A stretch of DNA of 62,000 nucleotides from Lama guanicoe (taxonomy: Eukaryota), in contig MU053652.1 of assembly GCA_013239625.1 (NCBI GenBank), positions 1,240,001-1,302,000 of the forward strand. The letters run 5' to 3'. Positions within the stretch are counted from its first letter, which is position 1; every line of letters starts with the position of its first letter. Positions 1 to 12,306 of this stretch are shown here, piece after piece. A program made the position numbers and the translations under genes. The notes under the pieces are model-generated. The model was given only the letters and a program-made list of their open reading frames with translations, ran no database searches and had not been told where the DNA came from.

Positions 1-1184
1 CCTGTCATCACTGAGACCTGTGTACAACTGATGTGATACAACAGACGGATAATGGTGAGCGACAGGGTGCAGCGGGGGGACTTCAGTTACCCTGGAGGGA
101 ACTCAGTGATATTTCTACAGTTGCCCTAATAGATCTGGCCAAAATGTGATTTAGTTAACTGATCTGCACCACATGTATCTGTGAGTGTATGATTGTGTCA
201 TAAGATCAGGTGGGAACAGAAGAAATAAACCAGCTTTGAGATAGTTGTAGCTTTATAAACAATGGCCCCCACACTGTATGCACTAACTTAATATTTGTTG
301 GATGTTAAATATGACCATACTTTCATCTTCTGAAGGATAACATGGTGTTTGCTTTTTGCTTGCTACAAAAAGAGAAAAGGAAAATGGAATAAATTTGAAG
401 ACTGAAAAGAAGAATCTGTTGCAAGTGATGTGGGTGACTGAATTCTAGACTTAAAAAAAGTTACATCGCTTATGTTTTTATTTTTCATTTCTTGATTCTC
501 TATAGTGACCTGATTTTAAATGTATAATTAACAGTTATTGTTGTATTCTAAGTGTTCATATTATTGTCCTAAAGATAAAACTAAATGTTTTTGGTGGAAC
601 CTTTCTTGACTTCACAAGATTAGTTCATCATTCAGGTTTACCCTGGGGAATGAGCCTTGAGACATTCATGCACTTTACCCTGACACCACGTAACACTGAC
701 CCCACAGAGTTGTATAATCTATTTTTAACAGTAGTAAATATGATGGTTATTACCACAACTGTTTCTGCTGTAACTGTCAATATCTTGAATAAACTTCCTC
801 CTTACTACAGACATGACTGCGGAAGTTTAAAGCAGAATCCAAACAGACTTCCTACAGTTTTCTGTATCAGGTGATTAGATGCCATAGGTCACTGAGCTGA
901 AATAAGTATCTGCATTTGAAACTTGTAATTGCCAAGTATTGTGCTATTTTTAAAAAGTCTCTTTTGCTCCTTTCCCCTCCCTACCCCAGATCACATTGCT
1001 TTTTCACTTATACTGTCTTTCACCTGCTACTTGATTAGTCCAGTGTCTTTAGTTGTTACCATTCTCTTCTTTGCCACGTACCATAGTTCACTGTCTGCCA
1101 TGAGGTAAGTTAACCTTACTTCTGGATACTGTATTAAGTCTTGGTGCCGTTTGAGTTTTATCCTCACTTAATAAGTAAGACCTG

Positions 1185-1188
<4 letters not shown>

Positions 1189-1255
<67 letters not shown>
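1189..1255. repeat. Pure poly(T)67 tract
   Basis: Uninterrupted T run counted directly. Confidence 0.97.
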
Positions 1256-1340
1256 CTTTCACTGCCCACCTTTGCCGTGCAGTCCACCCTACCTTTCTGG
1301 AACTCTGAAGCTACTCTGGTATTCTCCCTCAGGAGAAGGG

Positions 1341-1714
1341 TGTGTTCTTTGGGGCTGCTGTAACCAAGTACTACAGACTGGGTGCCTGAAACAACAGAAC
1401 TTTATTTATTCAGTCCTGGAGGCTGGAGGTCCAAGATCAAGATGGTCAGCAGGGCTGGTTTCTCCCAAGGCCTGTCTCCTTGGCTTGCCCATGCCATCTA
1501 CTCATGTGGCCTTTTTTTCTGTGTGAGGGCATCCCTGGTATCTCTTCTTATATGGACTTCCATCATATTGGATCAAGGCCTCACCTTTTGGCTGCACTTA
1601 ACCTTAATTAACCTTTTAAAAGACTCTATTTCCAAATACAGTCAACTTCTAAGATACTAGGGGTTAGGGCTTCAACATACGAGTTTTAGGAGGGACATAA
1701 TTCAGTCCATAACA
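1341..1714 (-). mobile_element. MLT1B-like (ERVL-MaLR) solo LTR
   Basis: The reverse strand begins TGTTATGGACTGAATTATGTCCCTCC..GTTGAAGCCCTAACCCC.. and contains GACTGTATTTGGAAATAG, typical of MLT1A/B. Length about 375 bp. Confidence 0.88.
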
Positions 1715-3269
1715 GATGGATAGACTAATATACATGTCAAATATATCCATCAAGTATATTTGGTTAGATACTGTACTGTTTTATAGTTCTTCCTCAGCAG
1801 AAATGAATTCTCCTATTCAATCTTCAGAGTATCTTCTAGGTCCAAAACTTTGTATTGATTTTCTAATGGAAGTTATTTTCATCGGGACTCTGAAGGGCTT
1901 GGGAGTTTAAACGGGTTAAGGTTAGGATTTAATTGATTTGTAAAAATGATGTCATATGTTCCTATTCATCTATTTTTATCTAAGCAGGTATGGTTGTGGT
2001 AGTAAAACAAATGGGCCAAAGAGTAGCCACTCAAATGTGACAGATTATTGTGGGCAAGATCTTGATTGAAGCACTGAGCCTGTGCAAGTGTAAAACAGAA
2101 GACTATCTAAATTTGAGCTTGACAACTAACTACAAATTGTAGTGCCTTGTCATGGTAAGGAAGGAGGGAAGTACAGCTACTGATGCCTCTTTACTGTCAT
2201 GTATGAAGGATAGTGACAAAATGATCATTCCCTCATTTATTACATTTTTGGGGTATGTGAGATAATTAACTAATTTTATGTATTTCACATAGATAAAACT
2301 AAAAGCTCAGTGGTGGTATTTGTTATTCTTAATTTTGCTTTAAAAAAATAATGCTTTATTTTGTCTTCCTGTGGGAATGACCCAATCTCAGAGAGGTTAA
2401 TTTACCTTTTGAAGCCTATTTTTAAAGCAAACAGGCCTCTGGGTATTTTAGGAGCATGTCTACCAGTTCTGTGTTCCGTTATCTCTGTAAACATGGATCT
2501 TAATATGGAATTTTAAAGAACTGGCAATAATGACAGTTTCAAGTTCTAGCAGTCTTCTGTAAATCATGTCGTGTATTGTCTTTGACAATTTATCTTACTT
2601 GAGAATCTGCTGAGGTTTATCTTGATTAATTTTAATATATAGATCCTTAGTGCTCTTAGGATTAATTTTTTCAAAAACTATTTGAATTGGTCTCATTGGT
2701 TACTTTTTTCACCACATTCCCAGACATATACATACTATGATGCCTGGAAATTCAAAATGTGCTTTACTTTTCAGTGACTTAGCCATTTCATTTTATCATG
2801 GAAACCATAATGAAACTTATATCAGTGTCACTCATTTTCACTTTTATTCTTGCTCAGTCACTAAATGAATACTAAGTTAATATCATTGCAACATTTACTG
2901 CCAATATGAGTGTATTGTGTATGAAGATTTAGGAGGTGTCATTATTATGTGACATTAAGTGGAAGAGCAGTTTTAATGAGAGTTGTATAGATACTTGAAA
3001 AGAAAAAATTTATAAATGTGCCCCTCTTTAAGTAGCACTCTCATTCTGAGTTAATTCTATTAAAGCAAGTGAAACATGAATTAGGAATTAAAGTAGTGTT
3101 GTGGTTGTTTTTTTGGTAGCGCTTATCTTTATCCAGGTTATCTCTGTATAAAGAATACTTTCTGTGAACTATTATGTACTACAAATAAAATTATTTTAGT
3201 ACTATGAAAGTCTCATGGATTTCTACCATTATTCTGAATACAAATCCACCTAAATTATGAGGGAGAACA

Positions 3270-3505
3270 GTAGGGGACAGCATTATGTCTTTTTGGAGTA
3301 GAGATCTGATCTGAATGCTGGCTTTGCCTCTTAGTGATCTGTGATCCTGAGTAGATGATTCACCCTTCTGCACTTCAGTCTCCTTAGTTAATGGAATTTG
3401 GTTAATGAGAATACCTACCTGATAAGCTTGTTTTTAAATGAAGATTAAGATAACATATATAGAGTACCTGGCACACATTAAACTTTCAGTACAAAATGCT
3501 TATTC
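3270..3505 (+). mobile_element. MIR SINE
   Basis: MIR-like core (cttcagtctcctt, atacctacctgataagcttg, gtacctggcacac). Confidence 0.7.
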
Positions 3506-3534
3506 TTACAGAAGACTCCTTTCTTTGAACTCAA

Positions 3535-3814
3535 GAGCAGTAGAGTGTGGTGGTTAAGAGTATGGTCTCAAAGGTCAGACTGCTTGGGTTTGAGTTCCAG
3601 TTTTATGGGTTACTAGTTTATAGATCACATAGCAATTACTTGACTTCTTCAAGGGCCACTTTCTTCATCTGTTAGATGGAGGGCAGTAATAACACCCACC
3701 TTGGGTTATTGTTAGGGTTATTTTGAGGATTCAGTAGGATATTCCATGTAAAGTTCTTAGCACAGAGCAGTGACTTGCACAGAATCATAGTAAATGCTCT
3801 GTAAGTGTGATTAT
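3535..3814 (+). mobile_element. MIR SINE, near full length
   Basis: gtggtggttaagag..gtcagactgcttgggtttgagttccag..ttcttcatctgtt..tgaggatt..catgtaaagttcttagcacag. Confidence 0.85.
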
Positions 3815-4687
3815 CAATCTTATCTAACCATCCGTTCATACATCCATCTACCGATCCATCCATTTCAGAGAATTAATTATACTCCAGTTGTATAGTGTTT
3901 TCTTCAAATATCCTTTCTCATTTCTTCTTGCCTTTATCCTTTCTAAGGAGCGTAGAAAATCTCTATAGTGGTGAAAATGCAGGAAAAAAGAGCAAATGAA
4001 GCTAGATGAACTTGTTCTCTTCTGCATGAGCTATTGATTGTCTTTTTCCAAGGGTGTGCCCAGGACTAGTCCAAAAGTACCAAGTGGGAGAAGTGAGAAC
4101 TCTTTTCTTCTTTTTAAATTAACAAGTGGGTTAAAAACATCAGCTTGGCTTTTAGTCTGAAAAATACTCCTTTTAGTTAATATAAATTATAAAATTGATA
4201 TTGATGTTAAGTGGTAGTTCCTGTGTATTGGTGCCTTCACTTTTATTTTGCTTACTCAGAAAATCCTTTTCAAGCGCGGGGAGAACCTCTATAAAGTCTG
4301 TGGGCCTCAGGTGCTGAATATTGCAGTGTTATGTGTGGGGGAAAGGGGTGCAATTTTGTTTGACTTTTAAAAGATATTCTGAAAGGGAGACCCAAGTGAT
4401 GAATGGTAGCCACTTCTGCTGATGTAAAGCCCTGAAATGAAGATAGTCAGTGGCATTGCACATGAAATATGTAATTTTAAGAGTTCTTACTTAGGGACCA
4501 AGAAGGTAAATAACATGCAAGGGCTGGATAAAGATCTTAGAAATCAACAGTGAAACAGTAGCATGCCATGAGCTGAGAACTGATGAAAGAAGTTTTTAAT
4601 GAGCACCGTCTTACTGCTTTGAAATTCAGGAAGAAAAATACCTAACTTATGCCTGGATATGCCTTTGAAACTTTTTGTACCCCTGTA

Positions 4688-4967
4688 CTAAGCACTTGAA
4701 GTGTGGTTGGTCCAAATTGGGATCTGCTCTAAGTTTAAAATACCTACCAGATTTCAGAGACTCAATATGAAAAAAATATAAAATATCTCTTTAATAATTT
4801 ATATTGATTACATGTGGCATTGGTAATATTTTGGATATATTGGGTTAAATAAAGTACTTTGTTAAAATTAATTTGGCCTGGTTCTTTTTACTCTGTTTTA
4901 TGTAGCTTTTAGAAAATTTAAAACTACATTTATAGTTTGCATTATATTTCTAATATTCACTGTTGCT
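4688..4967 (-). mobile_element. MER33 (hAT-Charlie), partial
   Basis: gcacttgaagtgtggttggtccaaattgggat..aatattttggatatattgggttaaataaa..agaaaatttaaaactaca is the reverse complement of the MER33 body. It is homologous to the copy at 12430. Confidence 0.85.
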
Positions 4968-6064
4968 CTAACATTTTATTTAGACATAATACACTTGCAT
5001 GAAAATATCAACATCACAAAAATGAAAAAAGCTAAGTCCAGTACCTTATCCCACACCTCAGTGGAAACCATCATTTACAGTTTCTTAGGTATTCTTTCTA
5101 CCATTTTCCTAAGCATTCTGTTCTGCCCTTAGGTACATTGTAAATTAGAGAATAATCATAAAAGCTGCTATAATTTAATATAGATTTATGGATTGGGGTG
5201 GGTGAAAAGGTACAAAGTGAATACCTGCCTTTTTGTCTCAGTTATTCACACTTGAGAAAAGTCTAATTACTGAATCCGTGCTTCCTTAAAGAGATACTGT
5301 CATTACCTGCAGGAAGGACTGGTGCTTAGGAGAAATTAATTAATTTTCATTGAATTTGTAGCATCAGTTCTTTTAAATAGTTTAACAACAACAACAAAAA
5401 AGGACTCTTCTTGGCAGTGGTGGTAATGAAGATCTTACAGTGACCTAGGACTGTTACCTATCATTGGCAAACTTTTAAAGTTTTCTGCAGTATACATTTG
5501 AAAGCAGTTTTGCGTCTTTTTGAAATAATTCTTGATGTAATTGCTGATCTGGTAAAAATGGAATAGAGTGAACTTAATTAATAGCATTGTATAAATGTCA
5601 TGATATAAAGGAAGGAATGTTAACTGTAGTTGATGGTAGAATTACTGATTTTTTTTAACATTGTGGTTTGTACACTTCTAAGCAGATAATAAATGCTCAA
5701 TAAATACTTTAATCAATGACTGAAACATGTTATATCAAATAGATTAATAAAGCATTGAGTGTCACTGATAATTTGTCTTTTTATGAATGAAGATTCTTGA
5801 TAAACTATCAGAATATGACATTAATGAAAGTTTAGGTGAGAAAATATTTCATTTATATATTTGTGTTAATTGTATTATTTTGTGCTTATTTTCCTTCTTT
5901 ATTATAGAAACTAAATGAGGCAACATAAAAATTGCTGTTGCCTGTTCTCTGTGTTCCAACCACCATAGTGATCATGTTAGTGGAGTCGTGTGTGCAGGCC
6001 CTTCCCAAGAGCATTACAGGTGCTCGGTAAACGTTACTTAGATTTTTCTTTGTTTACTCATATT

Positions 6065-6240
6065 GGTATTAATGCTTTTTGTTTGACCTAGTGCTTACCA
6101 AGTTTTTTAATTTGATTCTCTAACAATTGTGTGGCTACGGTGTTACTGTGCCCATCTTCCTATGAGAAAACCAGCAGCTTAGAGAGGTATATTGAGAAGA
6201 TCAGTATGTAGCAGAGTCAAGTCTTAAACCCAGACGTTTT
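6065..6240 (-). mobile_element. MIR SINE fragment
   Basis: ttgattctctaacaatt..cccatcttcctatgagaaaac..gcttagagagg..gcagagtcaagtcttaaacccag. Confidence 0.65.
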
Positions 6241-6672
6241 AAGTTATATTTTAGTCATTATTGACATGGCTGTTATGACCTATAAATGCAGATGAATGTT
6301 GGGAATTGAGTCATATTTCCATCCTTTGACTAGTATTTTGTTTCCAAACCACAGTAATATGAAAATTCCAGTTAGAAGTGCCTTACAGTCCTTTCTCCAC
6401 AACTTTGTGGTTTGGGGTATTATTTAACTGGTTTCAGTAAATCCTGCTCTTGTTGCCCTCTTAATGCTTATTTTTAAGGTATAGTATCTGCAAATGAGGC
6501 AAGTCCAGTAATTGTGCAGACTATCCATTCATTGGATTAGATTCTAATTGTACTCTAACTTTGAACCAAGTTCTCTGTGAGATTCTTTAGATTAGGAACT
6601 TCCCTTTATAGAAGATGTGGAGGTAAGTCGTCATTTGGTCTGAACTTGCTACTTGATTTGTTTCACATATTT

Positions 6673-6829
6673 ATTTTATTTTTTAAAGTTTAATTTTTTA
6701 TATTTTTGGGGGAGAGGTAATTAGGTATGTATTTACTTGTTTATAAATAGTGGAGGTGCTGGGGACTGAACCCAGGATGTTGTGCATGCTAGGCACACAC
6801 TCTACCACTGAGCCATACCCTCCTCCCCC
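6673..6829 (-). mobile_element. Camelid tRNA-derived SINE (Vic-1 type) with TSD
   Basis: Reverse strand GGGGGAGGAGGGTATGGCTCAGTGGTAGAG..CCTGGGTTCAGTCCCCAGCACC (A and B boxes), then ACCTAATTACCTC and an A-rich tail. TSD gtttcacatattt (6660-6672) / gtttcatatattt (6830-6842). Confidence 0.92.
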
Positions 6830-7019
6830 GTTTCATATATTTTTAAAAAGAAGAATAATCAAATTGACATGTTGATGCAACTTGCAGATTTGATTCCTAA
6901 ATGTGTTTGAATGTAGACCACACAGTGTTTTCTTTAAAACTAACACTCACTTTTTTTTTTTTTTGGTACCTCTTGGCACAGACGTGTGAGTTTCTAGTAA
7001 TTTAAAAATTCTGGTGAAT

Positions 7020-7232
7020 GACACTTGATAAATGGTGTGATATTGTGAATACTGATAAGCACTAGAAATTCATTGGTGGAGCATCAATTTCACACCTGAG
7101 ACAGCTGCTCAAAGTTTAGATTAAAGGTTTGCCTGGAGTCCGGAGTCTCTTTTGCAGGTCTCCTGATAAATACAGTGATTCCAAAGCACATTTTTCTTCT
7201 GCATCAAATCCAGGCAGCACTTTGAGTCATTA
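7020..7232. promoter_or_regulatory. Candidate intronic enhancer (NKX2/GATA/T-box/E-box/AP-1 motif cluster)
   Basis: CACTTGA 7022-7028; TGATAA at 7026, 7053 and 7164; GGTGTGA 7034; TTTCACACCT 7088-7097; CAGCTG 7102; TGAGTCA 7223. Motif evidence only. Confidence 0.35.
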
Positions 7233-9371
7233 AATATTAAACCTTATATTCAAGAACATTATTCACTCATTAATATTGCATTGCGACCTAAACTGCATTG
7301 TTCAAAACATTTTAGGATGTTATGCAAGTCTGTCAAAATACATTAACAAACTTAGTCATGTTGAACTAAGCAAAAAATGACAAACTGTTTGCACCACAAA
7401 CGTGTTGTCGTTGAATTTTTGTACAATGTAAGCATTTTGAGTTGGGATGTTTGGAAATCACTGTAAAGATAAAATGGATTGCAGTAGAAGACAGAAGGAA
7501 TGAATATTCATCTTCCATGTAACATCTGCTATATATCTTAATGAAATTTATAGTTATCCCTGAAATTTTTCTTCCTTGACAGTATTTATTTATCTTCTAA
7601 ATTATTTTAACTAGGAATTGAATATGAGTTAGTACAATTCCAGCTGCTTATAAAAGTGCAGTCTCTAATTCAGGATCCATTTTTCCAGTCTCCCTGATGG
7701 CTATCATCTCTGCAGAATCAAAGCTAGGTCGGCTTCCTCTGAACTGTAGAGGAAACTTTTGATATTTGGCTAGAGTGTAAGAGAGTGATTGAGTTCAAGC
7801 CTTGGTCTCTGTGACAAAATTTGTTCTGGATTGCCGTGAACACATGTGGTTTCTTGCTGCTTTTCACAACCCTGTTAGTTACAGTGAGAAGCCATAAAAT
7901 TCTTCCCAGGAAGGAAAATGATAGCATTTTTGTGTCTAAAATTGTTTCTTCTTAAAAAAAGAAAGTCAGTCCTTTTTCTCACGCAATAGGGAAAATTCAA
8001 ATAGCAGAAGGTTTGAAAATACACAGTTGCTGAGGAGATAACATTGTTTTTGTGCAATGGCAATAACATAGCTTCTGAGCTTTATCTGAAGTATGGTTAT
8101 ATTGATTATATTATACCTTAGTTGATTATTGACATTTAATGGATTAGAATTTAATAAGGAAGAACAGTATGAATGAAGGTTGATGTTTAATCCTTGATTA
8201 CTAGATTTTTTGAACGGAGGATGGATTGATTTTCCTGTGACATGTGAATCAAGAACCGTGCATGTAAGGATCCAGTGGGTTCATCTTGAACACCTACGGC
8301 TGTTATTTTAAAAATGATAGAAATGGGCATTGTGAGGTAAATAATGAAGGTGGCATAGTTACTTCCTGCTGGCTGAGAGTTAAATTATTCATTTTGTTAG
8401 TTTAGCTAACATGGTTCGTGCTGCAGGGGCTTGGAGCACTGTGTCAGTGACTAATATTGTGTAATTAAAAAGCCTCAGTTCCTCAGGCCTATAACATAGT
8501 AGAAATTTAGAGCTGGTTGTTAACATCATGGAAGGAGTTTTCTTTGTGTAAGCACATGCGATTTACCCAGTCATTTGGAAGTTTTTATGTTGTTAGACAT
8601 GGGTGTGACACGGAGGCAGTATGCCCACGATGTATTCAGCTGTAGTTAATCTTGTGATTCCTTTCCCTTGTGCTTCCACACCACAGTTTTTTCTTCTTGA
8701 AAGGCTGCCCTATAGTAAATGGTCCATTTGAAAAGCCTGGTGATCATACTTCTTCCTTACTCCAACGTTGAATCCCTTTTCCTTCTCTCCCCAGATTATG
8801 GTGGGTTAGTGAATGGGTTTGGGAGGATCGCCACCTCTGTAACTACTAAATTTGCAGGCACTGTATGGGCATTTATGCCTTTGCAAGCAACTTAAATGCT
8901 GATTTGTTACCTTTTCAGCCTTAGTAACTCTTAAGGGAAAAAGACCTAACACAAACCTCTTCTGATTTTTATGTTATACACAGCATTTTGTAGTCCTGTG
9001 CAGTGTAACTGTAATCTTTAGTTTCTGTTTCCTCACATAATTTAATTTTATATGCAGATTTGTACCTTTGGAGTAGCACTGTAGCTGTATTTGTCAACCT
9101 TAGGAGTCTGTGAGTGGAAAAACAAAAGCGTGGAAGCACATTCTGGATGATCTGTCAGCCACTTGTTGCCACGTGACATCAGGACCTGAGTTTGCCGCTG
9201 CAGCTGCATTAGGGCAGACTGACTGGTGGTTGTGCCTGGCATAGATGGATGGAGAAAGGGCTTTGTTAAGGGAAGGGGAAACAGCTAGACATATATATTA
9301 ATATTTGAATCAGAACATGGAACATTTTACCTCGAGGAGATTTGAGTAAACATTTTGGTTCACACACGCAA

Positions 9372-9620
9372 GATCATGTGGTATAGTGACTAGCACGTGG
9401 TTTTTGGAGTCACAAGTCTAGGATATGAATGCCACCGTATAACTTTCCTATGTGGTTTTGAGGAATTTATTTCACTTTTCTCAGCTTTGATTTCTTAAGC
9501 TCTGACAGGTGAATAACAACTGCTCTGTGGGATTTTTGTGAGGATTAAATGAAATAATGTATGTAAACCACCTGTTAAAATACCTGGCTTAAGGAGGTAC
9601 TCCATAAATGGTAGCTACTA
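9372..9620 (+). mobile_element. MIR SINE
   Basis: tttggagtcacaagtctagg..ctcagctttgatttctt..tgtgaggattaaatgaaataatgtatgtaaa..cataaatggtagcta. Confidence 0.85.
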
Positions 9621-11879
9621 GAATATTACTAGTTAAATATTATGCATTTTTTTCATTTAAATGGCATAGGTTGTATGTTAAAACCTTCAATACTAAAAAT
9701 AAGTTAAATGGAATAGAGAGTGAAAGGACTACATGGATCCGAGTGTCTTTCAGTGGAGTGAGTGGGACCTGTGTCAGGGCAGCTGCCTCAAGAGCAAGGC
9801 CTCGGTGATCTGTTCTGACTCCTGCTGGTTGATTCCATGTTCTCACGCTACAGTCTACATAGTAGATTAGCAAAAGGTACTTTTTAATGCATTTTCATTT
9901 CAGGCGACTCCATTTGTTTGTTTTCATCATTGATGTGAATTCTGAATGGTAATTCTTATTCCTTAAAGTATGCCTGTGATTCAACTTGAGAGTCACAGGT
10001 GAGAAATATCAAGGGGATGAACAGGAGTCACCCTGGAATGACAGTGGGTAAAGTCATACAGAATTGCACATCGTTTGCTCTTTCGATACATGTTTCTGCT
10101 GTCCCATTTTATGTTTAAGGTGAAAATTAAAATAAAGTGAAATCCAATATACTGCTCACTGTGGCTTTCAGATCAATGTGTTTTTATTAGAATTTGTTTT
10201 TTCTTTAGCCTGATTTCATCAGGAATACCAGAAATAAAACATCTGCCAAGGAATGAATTTTTAGCTGATGAATAGAGTCAGAGAGGCATGAAAACGGATT
10301 GCTGTCATCTAGGGAGGATGCATTGTTGCAGGGGGGGAGGCGGTGCTGAGGCTGTCTGCAGTACTTCCTGGGCAGACCAAGGTGACTTTAAACAGAAAGA
10401 TGAGCCTGGTCTCATGGTAAAGGCCTCTTCAACTTTTGATATTTCTTTTGAGGTTACAGAGTAGTTAAGATAAAAAATATAGGACCGTCTTTACTCAGAA
10501 ATGAGACTGATGGAGATTCTTTTCTAAAGCCTGTGTTTAACCACCTAATAATAACAATTGTGGCTGTGCTCAGTGATACAAAATTTGACTGTTTATCCTT
10601 TCATTGGGGTGGGTTTCAAATAGTATTTTGGGAACAAAATTGCTTTTGCAGCCTTTACTCCTTGAGAGGCGGGTTGTCCCTCTGTTTTGCATACAGCTTC
10701 ACTAGCCCTTCAGTTTTCCAAAGAGGATACCCCTCTTCTCTCAGCTAGGCTGACCTTTTACAGCAGTTGGCTGAGCCTTTCACCAGCGTTATAGAACAGG
10801 TGCTTGCCATGGAGTTTCATCTTAAACTTACTACTGTGTGGTACTTAATTGGAGCAGTGCTCTGTAGTATAGGTGGGTCTGTCTTCTATCCGTTGATTCC
10901 CCTGTACCTGTCCTTCAGTTATGCCAGGTGGTTATCCCTGAGCTGCAAAACCAGACCATGTTGTTCTCTCCCCATGTAGAATTGTTCTTATTTGATTGTG
11001 TTTTGGTGTTAGTAGTTTTCCCCCGTATGTATTTAGAAAGATTTCGCTGTGCTTATAGTACAGTGAGGCTATGTTACACCTCAAGGTTTTTTTGGGGGGG
11101 AGAATGCAGCTTACAGTGCAGAGATGATATAGGAAAATATTTCTGTAAGAATTAATGTACAGTGCCTGAGATTGCCCCATCTAGCACTTTTTGTCTAATA
11201 ACTCTGCCCTAAAATGCTTTAAATAATCCTTCAATTTTTTTTTTAAAAGATAAAATAGAAATTTTAAAAGTGGAGAGGGTTCTAGGGAGTTGGTGACTTG
11301 AGAACATCTCCACTGTCCTCTCATTGCAATTTTAGTCTAATTCCCAGTGGCTTTTTCTTAGAAGAGCATCCGATAGCTGGATGTGAGCCAGTAGGTTAGT
11401 TTCAGCATGGCTCAAGGATCACCGAAGTTGACCCCTGTCTGTCTGAATGTTCCTGAGAGAACCTTTTGGTTTCTCTGTCCCTGTTAACTAGTGTAGATAG
11501 GGAGTGAGAGATTGAGAAGAGAGAGACCTTCTCCTGGTTTCCTTGACCAGGAGCCGAGAACGTCTCAGCGGGTAGTATACCGCTGGGCCACAGGGTAGAG
11601 ACCGCTTCTTCCCCACCATTCAGCAGGAACCTCCGCCTAACATAGCCCAGCAGCTGGGTCTGAGCCCTAGTGAGTAGAAGATGAAAAGAAGCAGCAGCCA
11701 GGGAGAAAGATGCTCAAAAAAGGTGCTTCTGGCAAGAACTGTTGGAATATGTCAATGATGCTTTTGATGTTTGTAGTACTGGCAACTGTTGCCACTTGAT
11801 TGTAAGAAACGTTGACTTTAAGATACATATTGAATTCATAAATACTGAAGGATTGGGGAAAATAACCTTCTGCATGTTA

Positions 11880-12295
11880 TGTTTGATGAAATAGACAAAA
11901 TTCTAGGTGGAAATAAAGGAAAGAGAGAGAGAGGAACAGTAATAATTAAATAATATAAAACATTTCACTGAGGTGGAGAGAGATTGAGCCTGCAAATTGA
12001 AAGACCTCTCTTGATTCTAGGAGGGATTGATGAGAAAAGATGCACACCTGGTCATAGACTGCTAGCTTTTCTGAATTCTAAGGATAAAGAGAAAATCTTA
12101 CAAGCTTCCTGACAGAAAGCACCACTGATTTATAAAGAAATGGGATCAGTCTGGGTTCAGGCTTTTCTTTGCCAGACTGGAAGCTGCAAGGCAGAGTGAC
12201 ATCTAGGGGTTCCTGAGAAAGGACTGAAACCCCCCAATACTGTGATGAGCTCTTATTTACCTGTCAGGGTGAAGAAGTGACTTAAGAATTTATTA
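11880..12295 (+). mobile_element. Ancient L1/HAL1 ORF1-derived relic
   Basis: aaattgaaagac..gatgagaaaagatgcacacct..aaggataaagagaaaatcttacaagcttcc..ctggaagctgcaaggcag resembles decayed L1 ORF1 RRM/CTD coding sequence. Confidence 0.7.
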
Positions 12296-12306
12296 ATGTT
12301 AACAGC

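Noticed and set aside
6755..6829. tRNA-Ala-like gene
   Set aside because: It is the head of a SINE: it has a downstream SINE body, an A-rich tail, a TSD and a degenerate cloverleaf.
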